Origin: Narcine bancroftii
Taxonomy: Eukaryota
Reading direction: 5' to 3'
Assembly (NCBI RefSeq): GCF_036971445.1
Contig: NW_027212023.1
Coordinates: forward strand, 124,001-188,000
DNA: 64,000 nucleotides
This document shows positions 23,925 through 37,000 of this stretch, one piece after another. The notes under the pieces are model-generated. The model was given only the letters and a program-made list of their open reading frames with translations, made no database searches and had not been told where the DNA came from. The translations under genes were made by a program, and so were the position numbers. Each line of letters starts with the position of its first letter. Position 1 is the stretch's first letter.

Positions 23925-24160
23925 AGCACGGTTGGTGTAGCGGTTAGTTCAACACTGTTACAGCGCCAGCCATCAGGACCGGGATTCGAATCCCATGCTG
24001 TCTGTAAGGAGTTTGTACTTTCTCCGCCCTATCTGCATGGGTTTTTCCCCAGGGGGCTCCGGTTTTCTCCCACCGTTCGAAGCGTACTGGGGTTGTAGGT
24101 CAATTGGGCAGCATAGAATTGTAGGGCGGAATGGCCCGTTGCCACGCTGTATGTTTAAAT
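23925..24160 (+). mobile_element. tRNA-derived V-SINE-like SINE (further copies at about 1465, 3550, 24264(-), 26850, 29020(-), 31510(-), 47075(-), 48345(-), 53750, 57820(-))
   Basis: A/B-box-like head (tggtgtagcggttag...ggattcgaatccc), ctgtaaggagtttgtac body, ccgtgctgtatg-type tail. Confidence 0.8.
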
Positions 24161-27100
24161 TTTTTTTAATTAAATTTTAAAAAAGAGGATGGGCAGCAAA
24201 TCAAGTTTGCCCCTTTGGTGACTCCTGTGGTCTCTTGAATGTGTACAGTAAACTCTCAACCACATACAGCACAGTAACAGGCCATTTCAGCCCATGAGTC
24301 CGTGCCGCCCAATTTGCATCCAATTAACATCCACCCCCAGTACATTTCAAACGATGGGAGGAAACCAAACCCTCCCCCCCCAGGGAAACCCACTCAGACA
24401 CAGGGAGAACGTACAAACTCCTTACAGACAGCGTGCGATTTGAACTCCGGGGGTGTCACTGGCGCTGTAAAGGCATTGTGCCAACCACGCCCCCCTTCAC
24501 ATACTTGTAGAATGATGGTGTCTTCCTCTTTGATGGTTTTTAGATGTGTCTAAAGGGTCAGGGAGGGAGGTAAAAGAGGTGGGGGAATGTCTTTGCTGAC
24601 CAGGATAACTTTCACAGCTGCAGAAAAGGGGGAACATAGTGGAGGGTATTTTCTACTGAGTCAGTGCGGGTGGAAGGAAGGAAGCAATATCCCGACTGGG
24701 TGTATAATATATACCCCCAATAGTAACAGAGACATTGAGGAGCAGATATGGAGGCAGATTCCAGAAAAGTGCAAGAATAAAAAAATTGAAGTGATGGATG
24801 ATTTTAACTTTCCTGATATTGATTGACACCATCTTAGACTGAAGGGTTTGGATGGAGTGCAATTTGTTGGGTGTGCTCAGGAAGGGTTCCTGACTCAATA
24901 TGTAGATAGCCCAACCAGAGGAAAGGCTAAACTTGACCTGGTATTGGGAAATGAACCAGGGCAGGTGTCGACACATACTGTGGGCCGTAGGGCCTCTTCT
25001 GTGCTGTAGATGTCTATGTTTCATAACTGGACTAGGCAGACAATATGCAGGGATATCTGTGACCTGGTTTTCATCATTGCTCCCAACACCAGTAGAACCA
25101 TGTAGGGGGATCATTGCTCCCTGCAGTAAAGACCAGTGGGGGCATCCGTGGTGCTCGCATTGGATATATGGGTGCTGTTGCTAATGCACTGTGAGCAAAA
25201 GTTGGACAATCTGGGTCTACGTAGAAACAGAAAACTGTTCTGTCAAATGCTGCATTGCCAGACTCGGCCAGAGACTACCAGCTGCACAACATCTTACTGA
25301 GGGTAACTTTGCAGTGATAATCCAGACATTGCATTTGAGGAACACAATGTAGGAAGAAAATATACAACAAATGGCAGGACTCTTAGAATCACTGATAAAT
25401 AGGGGGATCTTGGGGTGCGTCCGTAACTCCCTGAAAGTGGAGGAGGATGGTGTCATGGAGAGATGCAATGTAGGAACCTACCCTGCAGCCCTCCAGGTCT
25501 CTCCTAACAACCATTGACACCCATTCTACATTATTTATTTTTATTGCTCCCACAGGATATTTTACCACTCACCTACGCACTGGAGGCAACTTGTCTGCCA
25601 ACCCACGTATCATTGGAACCCGGGACATCTGGAGGAACCCGCACAGTCACGGTGAACAGACAAACTCCTCCCTGACCGTGCCCGAGGTCAGGATTGAACC
25701 CAGGGTCTCTGGCGCTTGTGTGGCAGTAGCTCCAATCCTGAGAACCTTTGCTTGACACTTCCTTTAAAGAAAGTTGGAGGCAATTCAGGCTCCACAGAGG
25801 GCTATGGTCTGGGTCCAGGTCAATGAGACTAGACAGAATACAAGATGTAAATATAAAAGCATTGATTGTGCATTAGTTAGTGATTGAAGTGAAACAACAT
25901 AATTCAACCTTGAGTCACCAATCACCCTTTAAACAAAGGCTCTAATTTTGATTCTAGTTTCTTGCTTTCTTGACAAATCTTGAAATGATTGAAGCAGAGA
26001 CATTCTTTTCCCACTGTTGGAAGCATCTAATCTGTCAAGCTCTAAGAGAAAAATCTCTTTGCTTCAACCATTTCCAGAAGATTTTGAGAAGACTCATCAA
26101 ACAATCCAATTACCCACCCCAAAACCAGCCTTTGCCCTTTACACACCGATGGCTCCATACGGGATTCAAACAGCCTGTTAAAGAAGCCAATGGTGTGTGT
26201 TTTATTAAATCCTGCATCCGTGGAGGTTTATACCCAAGGTGGTGGCACCTGTGCTGGGCAGCATACCACAAAGGGATGCAGAGGGAGTAGCAGGCCAGCG
26301 CGGGGCACCAGAAACAGGGGAACACTCTCCCACCCATGTTGAGAAGGAAAATCCTGAGGCAATGGTGGACTAGCCAGGTGGCTGAAGGGCCCACGCAGGG
26401 TGTGGGTGATTGGCGACTCAAGGTTGAAGGACCCACACAAGCTGCTGGAGACTGATCATGGGAACCAGGTATCTGAACGGCTATTGGAAAGGTAGCTGAG
26501 GGCAAGAAGGGCTTCTGAAGGGCCTCAGGTGCTGAAGGCCTGCTGATTGCATTGGGGTTTCGGATCTGAGCCCACATGGCTGATGGTTTGAAAAGGAGTT
26601 GGTGCAGCTACAGAGGCTGCGGGAGGGCTGGGAGAAAATCCACGGTCATTCAGTAACTGAAGGGATTCCATTTTGCTTCTCTTTCTTCTATTGTTAGGAG
26701 CGTTGGACGATGCTGATGGCGACTTTGACTTAAAGCAGAGATAAAAGTTGAAGTGTTACATCTTTATGTCTTATTACGTGACAATAGAAGAAACCTTGAA
26801 CCTTACTCAGCCTTTCCCTTGCCCCAACCTCCCTCACAATTTCCCTGGAGTGGTGCAGTTAGCGTAGTGCTCAGTTCAACGCAGTTTCAGTGCCAGCGAC
26901 CAGAGTTCGAATCCTGCGCTGTCTGTAAGGAGGTTGTATAGTCTCCCTGTGTCTGCGTGGGTTTCCTCCGGGTGCTGCAGTTTCCTCCCACCTTTCAAAA
27001 CGAACTGAAGGTGTAGGTGTAATTGGGTGGTATGGGCCCAAAAGGGCCTGTTATAATACTGAATGTCAACATTTAAAAGAAAAATTTAAATCCTCTAACA

Positions 27101-27869
27101 TTTTCTCAGCCTCCCCGTTCCCACCAGTCGTGTCCAAACAACCAGATCCCGATCCCTCACGACCGAGGCACCCATCCCTCCGTTCCCCCTCCATCCACTC
27201 GCTCGCCTTTTGCTTGGACGTCTTTCGGAATTTGTCAAGAATCGGACAGCCTGCCAGACCTTAATCATCTGAACTCTTTCAGTTAATGGGTGCTAATCAG
27301 AACAAATGGTGGATTTTAATAGGGAGGTGTTTTCGTATCGAAACATGAAACAGCAAATGCTGCCAAAATTTTACAGGAAAAAAATAAATTGGGCAGTGGA
27401 TCATTTTTTCGCTAATTCTGGAAAATAATGCAGAAATTATGATCTCAATCACCCTTTGATCTTTGCTGTCGACCGTGTGAAACTTCTTTCAATCAATGTC
27501 AAAGCCTTTCATTTATTCGGCCTCCAAGTGGTGTCCTCCCCTCAACCCCAGCTGGAAGATTCCTGCGGACTGAATCTTTTTCTCTCTCAATCATGGAACA
27601 CGACTGCTTAATGTGCATTGTACTCAGAGCCAAAGATCTTGTGGGCCTGAGTCACCCATGCACATCTCCTGGGTCGACCAATCAAAAGAAAGTGCAAATA
27701 AATCCAAAATGAGACATGGGACTTGACCTTGGCTTTATGGGATGGTGCAAGGATGAGGTGAGCCTGTTTTCCACCCGCCCTATTTTTATTCCTACTGTGA
27801 CAGGATGGACTGGTATCCATAACAAAGATGTCACACTATCGTCTCAGGCTTCAGATTATTTTTGACGTT

Positions 27870-28800
27870 ACTTGAATCCCATGGAGTTGTGGGCATTATT
27901 TGGCTGTAGGCCTGGCTGGAGGGGTGAGGGGAGCCCTTCCAGTCAGATCCGTCTTGTGCAACCAAAGCATCACCCACCATGCATGTTATCCCCGAGATGA
28001 CTGGAGAAAGTCGCCCACTTGGGTGGAGAAGGATGCAAGGTTCATCCCCGGCAGCAGTGTGACAGAGGATGCTCTGATCTACGGGCTGTTCCCTAGGGAC
28101 CCACCTGGAGTCAGGCACCCAGAACTGCTGGAAGACTCATCTCAGCAAAAGATGTACTTTGGCCTGCCTGGAACCTGTTAGTCTTTCAGCGCACAGAGAT
28201 GTCGGCGTGGGAATGCTGCCGACAGGCTGCAGGAGTACATGGTGAGCTGTGGGGAAAGACCACAGTCTAGAGTCCGCCCATTACCGGGGGCTGAGACTGA
28301 GGGGAAGCCCCTCAAACAACAAACGGGGGGGAGGAAAAGAAGAAATGACAAGGGGCCAAGGGGTTATGGTGAGAGGACAAATGTTGCATTGTACCCTGAT
28401 GCGAATGTATAGATATGACTGACGCTATGGGTGTAAAAAAAAAACTTTGAATGTTTTTTTTATTTACTGTGAATAAATTCTATTTTTGGAAAAAATTAAT
28501 TCGGCTGCAGGTGTAAGTGCTGAGGGATGCACTGTGACCTGGTGAAGACAACATGGGGGTGCTGTGGGGAAAGGCCACACTCTAGAGTCCTCCCATTACC
28601 AGCCACTGGGGGACTGAGGAAGTCCCTAAAATGCACTATGACTGGGTCTGAGCCAGGGCAACTCAAAATCCAGGGTGGGGGGGGGGGGGGTGGGGAAAGA
28701 AACAACAAGGTGCCACGCGGTGGTAATGTTGTAAATAGAGACCATATGTAACAATGTGCATTGATGGGAATGTATGGACGTGACACCAAAGATGTGAAGA
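27870..28800 (+). mobile_element. Tx1/L1-like LINE 3' fragments (two related pieces)
   Basis: RFIPGSSVTEDALIYGLFP; repeated tgtggggaaag-ccaca-tctagagtc motif; AATAAA and A-rich tail near 28473-28495. Confidence 0.55.
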
Positions 28801-29869
28801 GACTTTGAATGGGTTCCAACGATGGCTGCCCCACGACCAGATGCAAGTTGAGGAGGTCAGCACAGAATGTTCGGTCAGCCAGAACCTACTGTGGAAGGCA
28901 AGACACAGGCAGTTTCTGAAGCTACTCAGTGGCCAGGATCAACTGAGCCTTGCGCAAGGATTGCAATGGTTTTTGAGTTTGAAAATCCTTTGCATCCTGC
29001 TGTCTCAAACCTGGACAGATGTCAGTTTATACCCAATTAACTGACATCTCCGGTACGTTTTGAACGGTGGGAGGAAACCAGAGCCCCTGGGGAAAACCCA
29101 CGCAGACATGGGGAGAACATACACACTCCTTACAGGAGGTGTGGGATTCGATCCCCAGTACTGTCTTGATCTCTGCTGCTGTAAAGCTGTTGTGCTAACC
29201 GCTACCCCAACCGTGCCGTCCTATGGAGCGTGGAAGTGGAGGGAGTAAAGAATTTCTCCTTTGCCAATATCTCTAAAGATCTATCCTGGGGCCATCGTGT
29301 CAATACAATTATGATGAAGGGAGTTTCAGGACATTTAGAATGTCATCAAAGACTGTTGCAAATTTCTACAGCTGTACCGTAGGGAACATTCTCACTTGTT
29401 GCATCACTGTCTGGTATGGAGGTGCCAGTGCCCAGGACAGAAAAAGGGCTACAGAGAGTTGTGAACGTGCCCACTGCCATCACGGGCATTAGGCTTTACT
29501 CATTAATGACGTCTTTAAGAGGCGGTGCCTCAAGAAAGCAGCCTCTATCCTCAATGACCCTCACCACCCAAGCCATGTCCTCTTCACACTGCTACCATCA
29601 GGAAGGAGGTACAGGAGCCTGAAGACACAAGCCCAACATTACAAAAACAGCTTTTTCCCCTCTGCCATCAGATTTATGAATGGAACCAGGCAACTGCCTA
29701 CATTTTGATGAAGGGCCCAAGCCCAAAACATGGTTATGTATCTTTACCTTTGCTATATAAATAAAGTATGCTGTTTGACCCACTGAGTTTCTCCAGCATT
29801 GTGTGTTGCACTTTGTATAGGTCTCACTTCACCAGCCCAAGGAAACCCCAAGACTGACTTCATCTAGAA

Positions 29870-30604
29870 TAGTGATTTGCAAACTTTTTTTTCCACTCAC
29901 TTCTTTCTTCTTCTGGCTTTCCCTCCCACAGGATGATGATGGTTCCTTTCAGTCAGTTTGTGGGGGTTGATATGAGGATACCCCACTCCTCAGAAAGGAA
30001 TAGTGTGTGCGTAAATAGATTTAGGTGAGTAGGGGGGTTGCACAGGTCCAGGCCGACCCTCTCGACATCCCCTCCCAGATCCAGTAGCATGGTGAGGTCA
30101 AAGACGGCTGGCAGAAGTTCTATTACAGTGAATGGCCAGATCAAGCTTCGATGGATGCAAGGGATGCCCTTTCCACGCTTCACATGTGTACTTGCGGGAT
30201 GGCCATTGACCCGACAAGAGGGTTCGTTCACCCACCTGACCATGCAGCTGGTAGTACTGGGTTACATGGTACTAGTAGCACTCCGTATGCCATAGGTGCT
30301 CAGTGATTGATAAGAGATTACTTGTGGTACGTGAGTGGAAAGAAAAAGTTTGAAAACCACTGTTTTAATCGTACCTAATTGGCTCGTTATGTGTACTGTT
30401 TCATAACTCCAAAGGGAATGGGCCAATGACAGTTTTTCTCAAGCAAAATATTCCAGTAACAATTGGGTCTAGAGCAGTGGTTCTCAATCTTTTTTTCCAC
30501 TCACATCCCACCTGAAGCAATCCCTTACTAATGACAGAGCACCTGTGGCATAGGGATTACTTCAGGTGGGATGTGAGTGTAAAGAAAATGTTTGAAAACC
30601 ACTG
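29870..30604. mobile_element. hAT-Charlie-like MITE composite with a nested RTE-like 3' fragment (about 29900-30290)
   Basis: CAGTGGTTCTCAA/TTGAAAACCACTG TIRs; TCTAGA-type target sites; minus-strand insert with a GAA-repeat tail. Confidence 0.65.
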
Positions 30605-32471
30605 GGCTAGATGAATTATGAGGGGCATGGAGAGAGTAGATACTTAGTCTTTTTTCAAGTCTGGGAGAAATGAGAGGGGAGGCATTTAGAGGAGGTTGAG
30701 GGGCAAGCTTCTCAGAGGGTGGTAGGTATATGGACCAACCTGTCAGAGGAAGTGGGTAGAGGCTATTTAAATGTCGTTCAGGCAGGAACTTGGGTGTGAA
30801 TGGTGTGGAGGGATATGGGTCTAATGCAGTCAAATTTGAATAGATATCACAATTGTGGATGATTTAGCATTAAGGCCCAGTTTCTCTTTCAGATGCTGTG
30901 TGACCAGCACTTCATAAATGTAGCAAGAGGCCTCTACTCCAGCACTCAATATAGACCACCCTTTACTTTTATAATGATTGGCTGTCTGCAGAATATTCCA
31001 CGCAGATCCTCTCCTTACATTAATCAATTATTCAACTCTTAAACCTCTAACGCCATCAAAATTACTCTACTCTGCAGTGGCAACACTAGGGTTGGTGTCA
31101 CCCAGTGCGGTAACTCATGGTGTCACTCCCCCTCACCCCACCCCCACTTCCATGGACCGAGTGTGCTGAGCGTAGAAGTATGTATTCCTTGTTATGTCCG
31201 AGGTGTTTGGTGGGGGGGTTTTGTGGGCTCTGACGAGAGTTCATTACAAGGTTCAAAAAGTAAATGAGCATGGAGTTTTTAGCCTTGCTGGTACATCGAT
31301 ACGTGTAAGATGGGCTTATGAAAGATGTTTTTATTGTTGTAACTAACTACAGCGATATTTTTACAAAAAATAATAAATTCCTGCTAAAATACTGCGCAAT
31401 TTTATAGACAGTCATTATGGTGTCACATTCTCTGATGGTGTCACCCGGTGTGGTCCGTACACCCCACTCTGCACTTTTGTTACAATTTTTTTCCAAATTA
31501 TTCTTCAAATTTAGATGTACAGCGTGGGAACAGGGCTTTTCGGCAAATCGGGCCTGTGCCCCCACAAATACACCCAATTAACCAACAATCCCTGTTCATT
31601 TTGAAACCCACGCAGACCCGGGGAGAACGTACAGACTCCTTACAGACAGCGCGGGATTTCATTTTGCATTGTCCTCCAGTTTGGTTGACTTGCCTGGATA
31701 GCACGCAAAACAAAGTACTTGCGGATCTAAGGAATCAGCAGTACCTCAGCGATTCATGTACAATCAGGGCACAGCCACCCTAAGTCTGAGGCGAATCTTT
31801 GCCCAGATCATTCACAATCTTATTAATGGGCTGGATGATGTAATCCTGCTCCTATTTCTTTTGTTTTTATGCAAGTAATCTCTTATTATTTAACAAGTAT
31901 TCCACCTTTCAATTTTTTTCCACTGATGTGGATTACCAAACACCTATTTCCCATTATTCTGCTTCCACCTGCATTGAAATCTCTTGGAATCCTTTCCACG
32001 GTCTAAACTGCCACCTAGCTTCAGATCACCAGTAGATGGATACAGCAGCCTCTTTTAAATTGCAGCCTCTAGGTGGCCCTCCTGGGATTCGGGTGCCATT
32101 ACTGGGGCTTTTTAAATTGGAAGGGGATCAACCCATTAAATCACCAACCTGGCCATTTAAGGGGGATCCCGCCCTCGCAATGACATGTCGCGCACTCACC
32201 AGACGTACTGCCAGATGTTCAGATGCTGGCTGCCCACTGATGCATGCACGCAAGTGCTGACGCCACCGGAATAAGTGGGTTGGCCATTTTCCTGTTCAAA
32301 TTGCCTGTGGACAAGACCTAGGTAAGTTTAACTGAGTTCCCTGACCACCTCTGAGGTAGGTCAGAGACCTGGTTGGATTCCAACGAGGTTGACTTGGTTG
32401 GACCCTTTCTAACTGCCACGTAACTGGGATGCTGTTAACCCCATTTTACATGACAGTTTGAAAGGGCCTAC

Positions 32472-33077
32472 TGTAAAATCCCTGTAATCCAGAATTCAAG
32501 CAACTGGCAACCTCAGCAAAAAAAAAATCGAGGAAATAAATAAATATTTTTTTTAAAGTAATAAATAAAAATTTAAATAAAAGTTTAAAATTATAAAAAT
32601 AAATGTTCTCTGATATAACTCATAAAACTTTGGCGAAGATGAAGATTCACCCAGCCGAGGGCCTTAGTTGTGCTTTGCTCAGAGCAGCTGTTTGAATAAA
32701 GTTGTGTGAAACAGCAATGACGTCGCCCAGGGTGAAGAGCTGGTTGATGTCGTTCGCCATTGGGGCAACTCTCTTAAAGTGTCTCCTTATCCCTGCTTAG
32801 TGAAAGTCACCCCAGTCAGAGGCTTTATCTGCAAACCTGGGGCAGAAGATAAAGCGACAGTTAAATGTTTTTAAAGAACGTGACTGAAAATAAAGCAAAA
32901 TGCTTTTAAGGTTTATATACTTGAAGTTTGTTCAGTGTGAATACAGAATAGTATTTTTTGTCTTTTAAACTGTGCAATGCTGGTGAATTAGTTGGGCATG
33001 TAAGAGTGAGTCTTAAGCATCCAGAAATCCCCTGGCATCTACCAATCCCCATAGGAGCTAGATACTGGGGGTTTTAC
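32472..33077. mobile_element. Tigger-like TA-flanked DNA transposon (shorter copy at about 49251-49465)
   Basis: Shared ends atccagaattcaag.aactggcaac and ggcatctaccaatccccatagg...ggggttt in both copies. Confidence 0.7.
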
Positions 33078-34036
33078 CATAATACATTTCAGGTTCTGGC
33101 TCCTTTATTGCCATGTACAAAATACACCAAATATTCCTCCTTTGTTTCCCCGTAAACATACACAAAGAGGTGCCAGCACCGCTAGCAAGAGAAGCAAAAT
33201 TAGTGTCCCTCCAGAGGCAGAATGCATGTGGATCCCACCAGCTTCTCCTGTCACCTCCGCAGCCATACGACCTCCTGTCCACCCCAGCAGGGAACCCGAG
33301 CACAAGGCATCCCAGTCACCCTTGGGCCCTGGGTTCTGAACCAAAGTTGTCAGTGCCCAACACACCTACTCCCAATCTCCCCAACCCAGTCCTGGCCTGT
33401 TTACTTCTACTCTTCTTTTCCTCTATCCAATATGTAAATTTCTGTCCACACAAATGATTTAACATCCCCTAATCATTGCACGCTCTAATTTGCTTAATGT
33501 TTCTCGCTGATCTCCTCTCATGCTCGAAATTCCTTTTCCTCTTTGCTGAATTGTGAATTTTTCCAAGCCTTAGTTGAATGCTTTTCTTGGTCACTTTTTG
33601 GACCTTTAATACCTTCTTGATACTCATGCTTGATCATTTTTCCTGCTGTATTTTTCTTGCTGTTAAGGAATATTATGGCACTTTTCAATTATGTACTAAT
33701 TGTTTAAATGTTAGCCATTAAAAGGTTGAACATGATCTTCGCAATTTTATACCGCATGCCTTACAATATGAAGTCAGACTCAGAATCAGAATCACACAGC
33801 TCGAAGTCCCAAGGACCAAACCCAAGCACCAAGGAAGGCCTCCGGCCCAAACCATTGCTAATATGTCTTTACCTCATATGGATGCTGTGAGATCGGCTTG
33901 TGAGTTTTCATTTGTGCAGTGTGGCACAGGGGCAACATCCTTTCCCCCATTTCTACTCTCTTCATCTTGTCATTTTAAAAGATAGTTCACATCTGCATCT
34001 AGGTCCTTCTACACCTTGAGGCTAACTTGTTGATAC

Positions 34037-37000
34037 TGTGGCGGCTCACCACAAGGCAGGCGAACTGGCCCCGCTTGTAAGCCACGGGGCGGGGCAGCTG
34101 GCCAAAATGGCGCCATCGGGGGTTTCTCTTCCTTCCAGCTCGGGGCTCAGAAACCCGTGCTGGGGGACCACGTGACGCCTGGGTGACATCAGCGCCCTCC
34201 AGCATGGTTCTCAGCCAGGTCCAGGCTGGGAGTAAACCTGCAATAAACCAGTCTGCTCACTGAGCTCAACCATCTGTGGTTATTGTGTGTTATTGCAGGA
34301 GCAGAGTAGCCGCCGCTACAATTGGTGACCCCGACTGGTTCAAACGTCTTTGAACCCATCATGAGCGAGCCTGGGATCAGCGCTATAGCCGTGAAACTGC
34401 CTGAATTCTGGGTTCAGGATCCGAAGACCTGGTTCGGCCATGCGGAGGCCCAGTTTCACCTCCGCCAGATTTCGTCCGACACTACCAAATTCAACCATAT
34501 GGTCACTGCCCTGGACCAGGCCACTGCCAGATGCGTGCTGCACCTTGTTCAGCACCCACCCGCCGAGGACAAGTATGAGACCATCAAGCGAGTGCTTACC
34601 AGGTCCCTCGGACTATCCAGACACCAGCATGCCGCTCGGGTGCTGCACCTCGATGCCCTGGGGGACAGGTCCCGATGGAACTGATGGACGAGATGCTCAT
34701 GCTCATGCTTGAGCACACCAACTGCCCACTTTTCGAGCGCATCTTCCTCGAACATATGCCCGGGGACATCCGCACGCTGCTAGTTCAAGAAAGCTTCACT
34801 GACCCGACGAAGGTCACCCAGAAGACCCAAGAGCTGTGGCTCGCATGATTTTCGGAAGGCTCAGTGGTCCAGCAGATCACGAGGCATGGGCACAACCACG
34901 CCAAGCTCTCCCTTAGCGCTGCGGTAGAGCACCCAGCCCCTGCAGGGGCCCCCAAGAGCATAACCAAAGCCACAGCATCCGCTTCAGGCCTCTGCTTCTA
35001 CCACCAGCACTGGGGAGCCAAGGCTCGGAAGTGTTGTCAACCCTGCTCATTCCAGGGAAACAACCAGGCTGACCGCTGTTAATGGTTGCGGCGGCTAGCC
35101 AAAGACATAGCCTTTTCTACCTGCGGGACTCAGTCAGCGGCTGGTGGTTCCTCATTGACTCTGGAGCCCAGATCAGCATCATCCCAGCCACAGCCATCGA
35201 ATCCAGGAACCAACCTAGTGGACCTCCCCTCCATGCGGCCAACGCAACGGACGTATGGAGACAAGACAGTCCGCTTCCAGATGGGCCAACAGAATTTCGC
35301 GTGGAGGTTCACCGTCTCATCTCTCCCGACTGCCATCCTGGTGCAGACTTCCTCCTCGCACACAGGCTTCCGGTGGACATTTGAGGTAGGCACCTGGTGG
35401 ACGCCCGTACCTTCCAGGCCATTCACCTTGACGCCTCCCACTCAGAGCAACCACAGATGGCCATGATCAGCACACCCAGAGACGAGTTCCAGCAGATCCT
35501 GGACGAGTTCCCGACACTCCTCAAGCCACAGTTCTCCACTGCCTCGCCGCGCCATGGGATGATCCACCACATCCCCACCCAGGGCCCGCTGGTTCACGCC
35601 AAGGCACGCCGGATCCCGCCTGACAAGCTCCAGGTAGCGAAGGAGCAGTTTTCGTACCTGTTAGAGCTGGGGATCATTTGACGGCCCGACAGCCTGTGGG
35701 CCTCACCTCTCCACCTGGTCCTGAAAGCCTCCGGTGGCTGGCGACCCTGCGGAGACTATCGACAGCTCAACGAGGCAACCATTCCTGACCGTTACCCCAT
35801 CCCTCACATCTAGGACTTTACGGCCAACCTGCAAGGCGCGAGGGTCTTTTCCAAGGTTGACCTGGTGTGTGGATATCACCATCCTGGTGCACCCTGAGGA
35901 CATACCCAAGACGGCCTTCATCACCCCCTTTGGCTTGTTCGAATTCCTGAGCATGACGTTCGGGCTCAAGAATGCCGCTCAGATCTTCCAGTGCCTCATG
36001 GACTTAGTGGACAAGGACCTGGATTTCGTCTTCATTTACTTAGACGACATCCTCGTTGCCAGCAGGGATCGGGTGCAACACAAGGCCCACCTACGTGCCC
36101 TTTTCTCCCGGCTGGCCGACTTCAGCCTCACCATCAATCTGGCCAAGTGCCAGTTCGGGAAAGAGTCCATGCAGTTCCTGGGCCATACCATCACGGCCGA
36201 AGAAGCCATGCCTGCTGCTGCGAAGGTTGCCACTATCAGGGAGTTCCCATGCCCCAACAACCTCAAGGGGCTCCAGGAGTTCGCGGGTATGGTCAACTTT
36301 TACAACCACAATAGTCCGAAGGCTAGAGTTGCTACTAATGGACAGATTTCAGAATCTTTTGATTTAACAAGGTCTACTAGACAAGGATGTCCATTGTCAC
36401 CTGCTTTATTTGCTATAGTTATTGAACCTTTGGCACAGTCAATACGTCAAAATGAAAATGTTATGGGTATGAGAGTTTTGAATGAGGAATATAAGATTAA
36501 TTTATTTGCAGATGATGTTTTATTATACCTGGTAGACTCTGATATTTCTTTACCAGCAATTCAAGAATCTTTAGAAAATTATGGTCAATTATCTGGTTAT
36601 AAGGTAAATTGGGCTAAAAGTGAAATTTTGTCAATTTGTAAAGATGATTATTCGATTTATAAAAATATTACGAAGTTGAAGTGGACAAAACAAATTAAAT
36701 ATTTGGGAATTAATGTCAATACAGATTATCAAGATTTATATTCAATTAATTATCTTCCTTTAATAAAAAAGATTAAACTAGATTTGATTAGGTGGAAGGA
36801 CTTACCTTTAGGTTTATTGGGGAGGATTAATACTGTAAAAATGAATATTTTTCCTCGGATACAATATTTATTTCAATCAATTCCTTATTTTTTTTTTAAA
36901 GTTTTTTAAAGGATTTATATAAAGCAGTTAGAGAATTTTTATGGAAGGGAAAATTTCCAAGGGTAGCAATGAAAAAATTGATGTGGGACTTTCAGTTTAC

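Noticed and set aside
23925-24000. tRNA gene
   Set aside because: A/B-box-like head of a multicopy SINE with no complete cloverleaf
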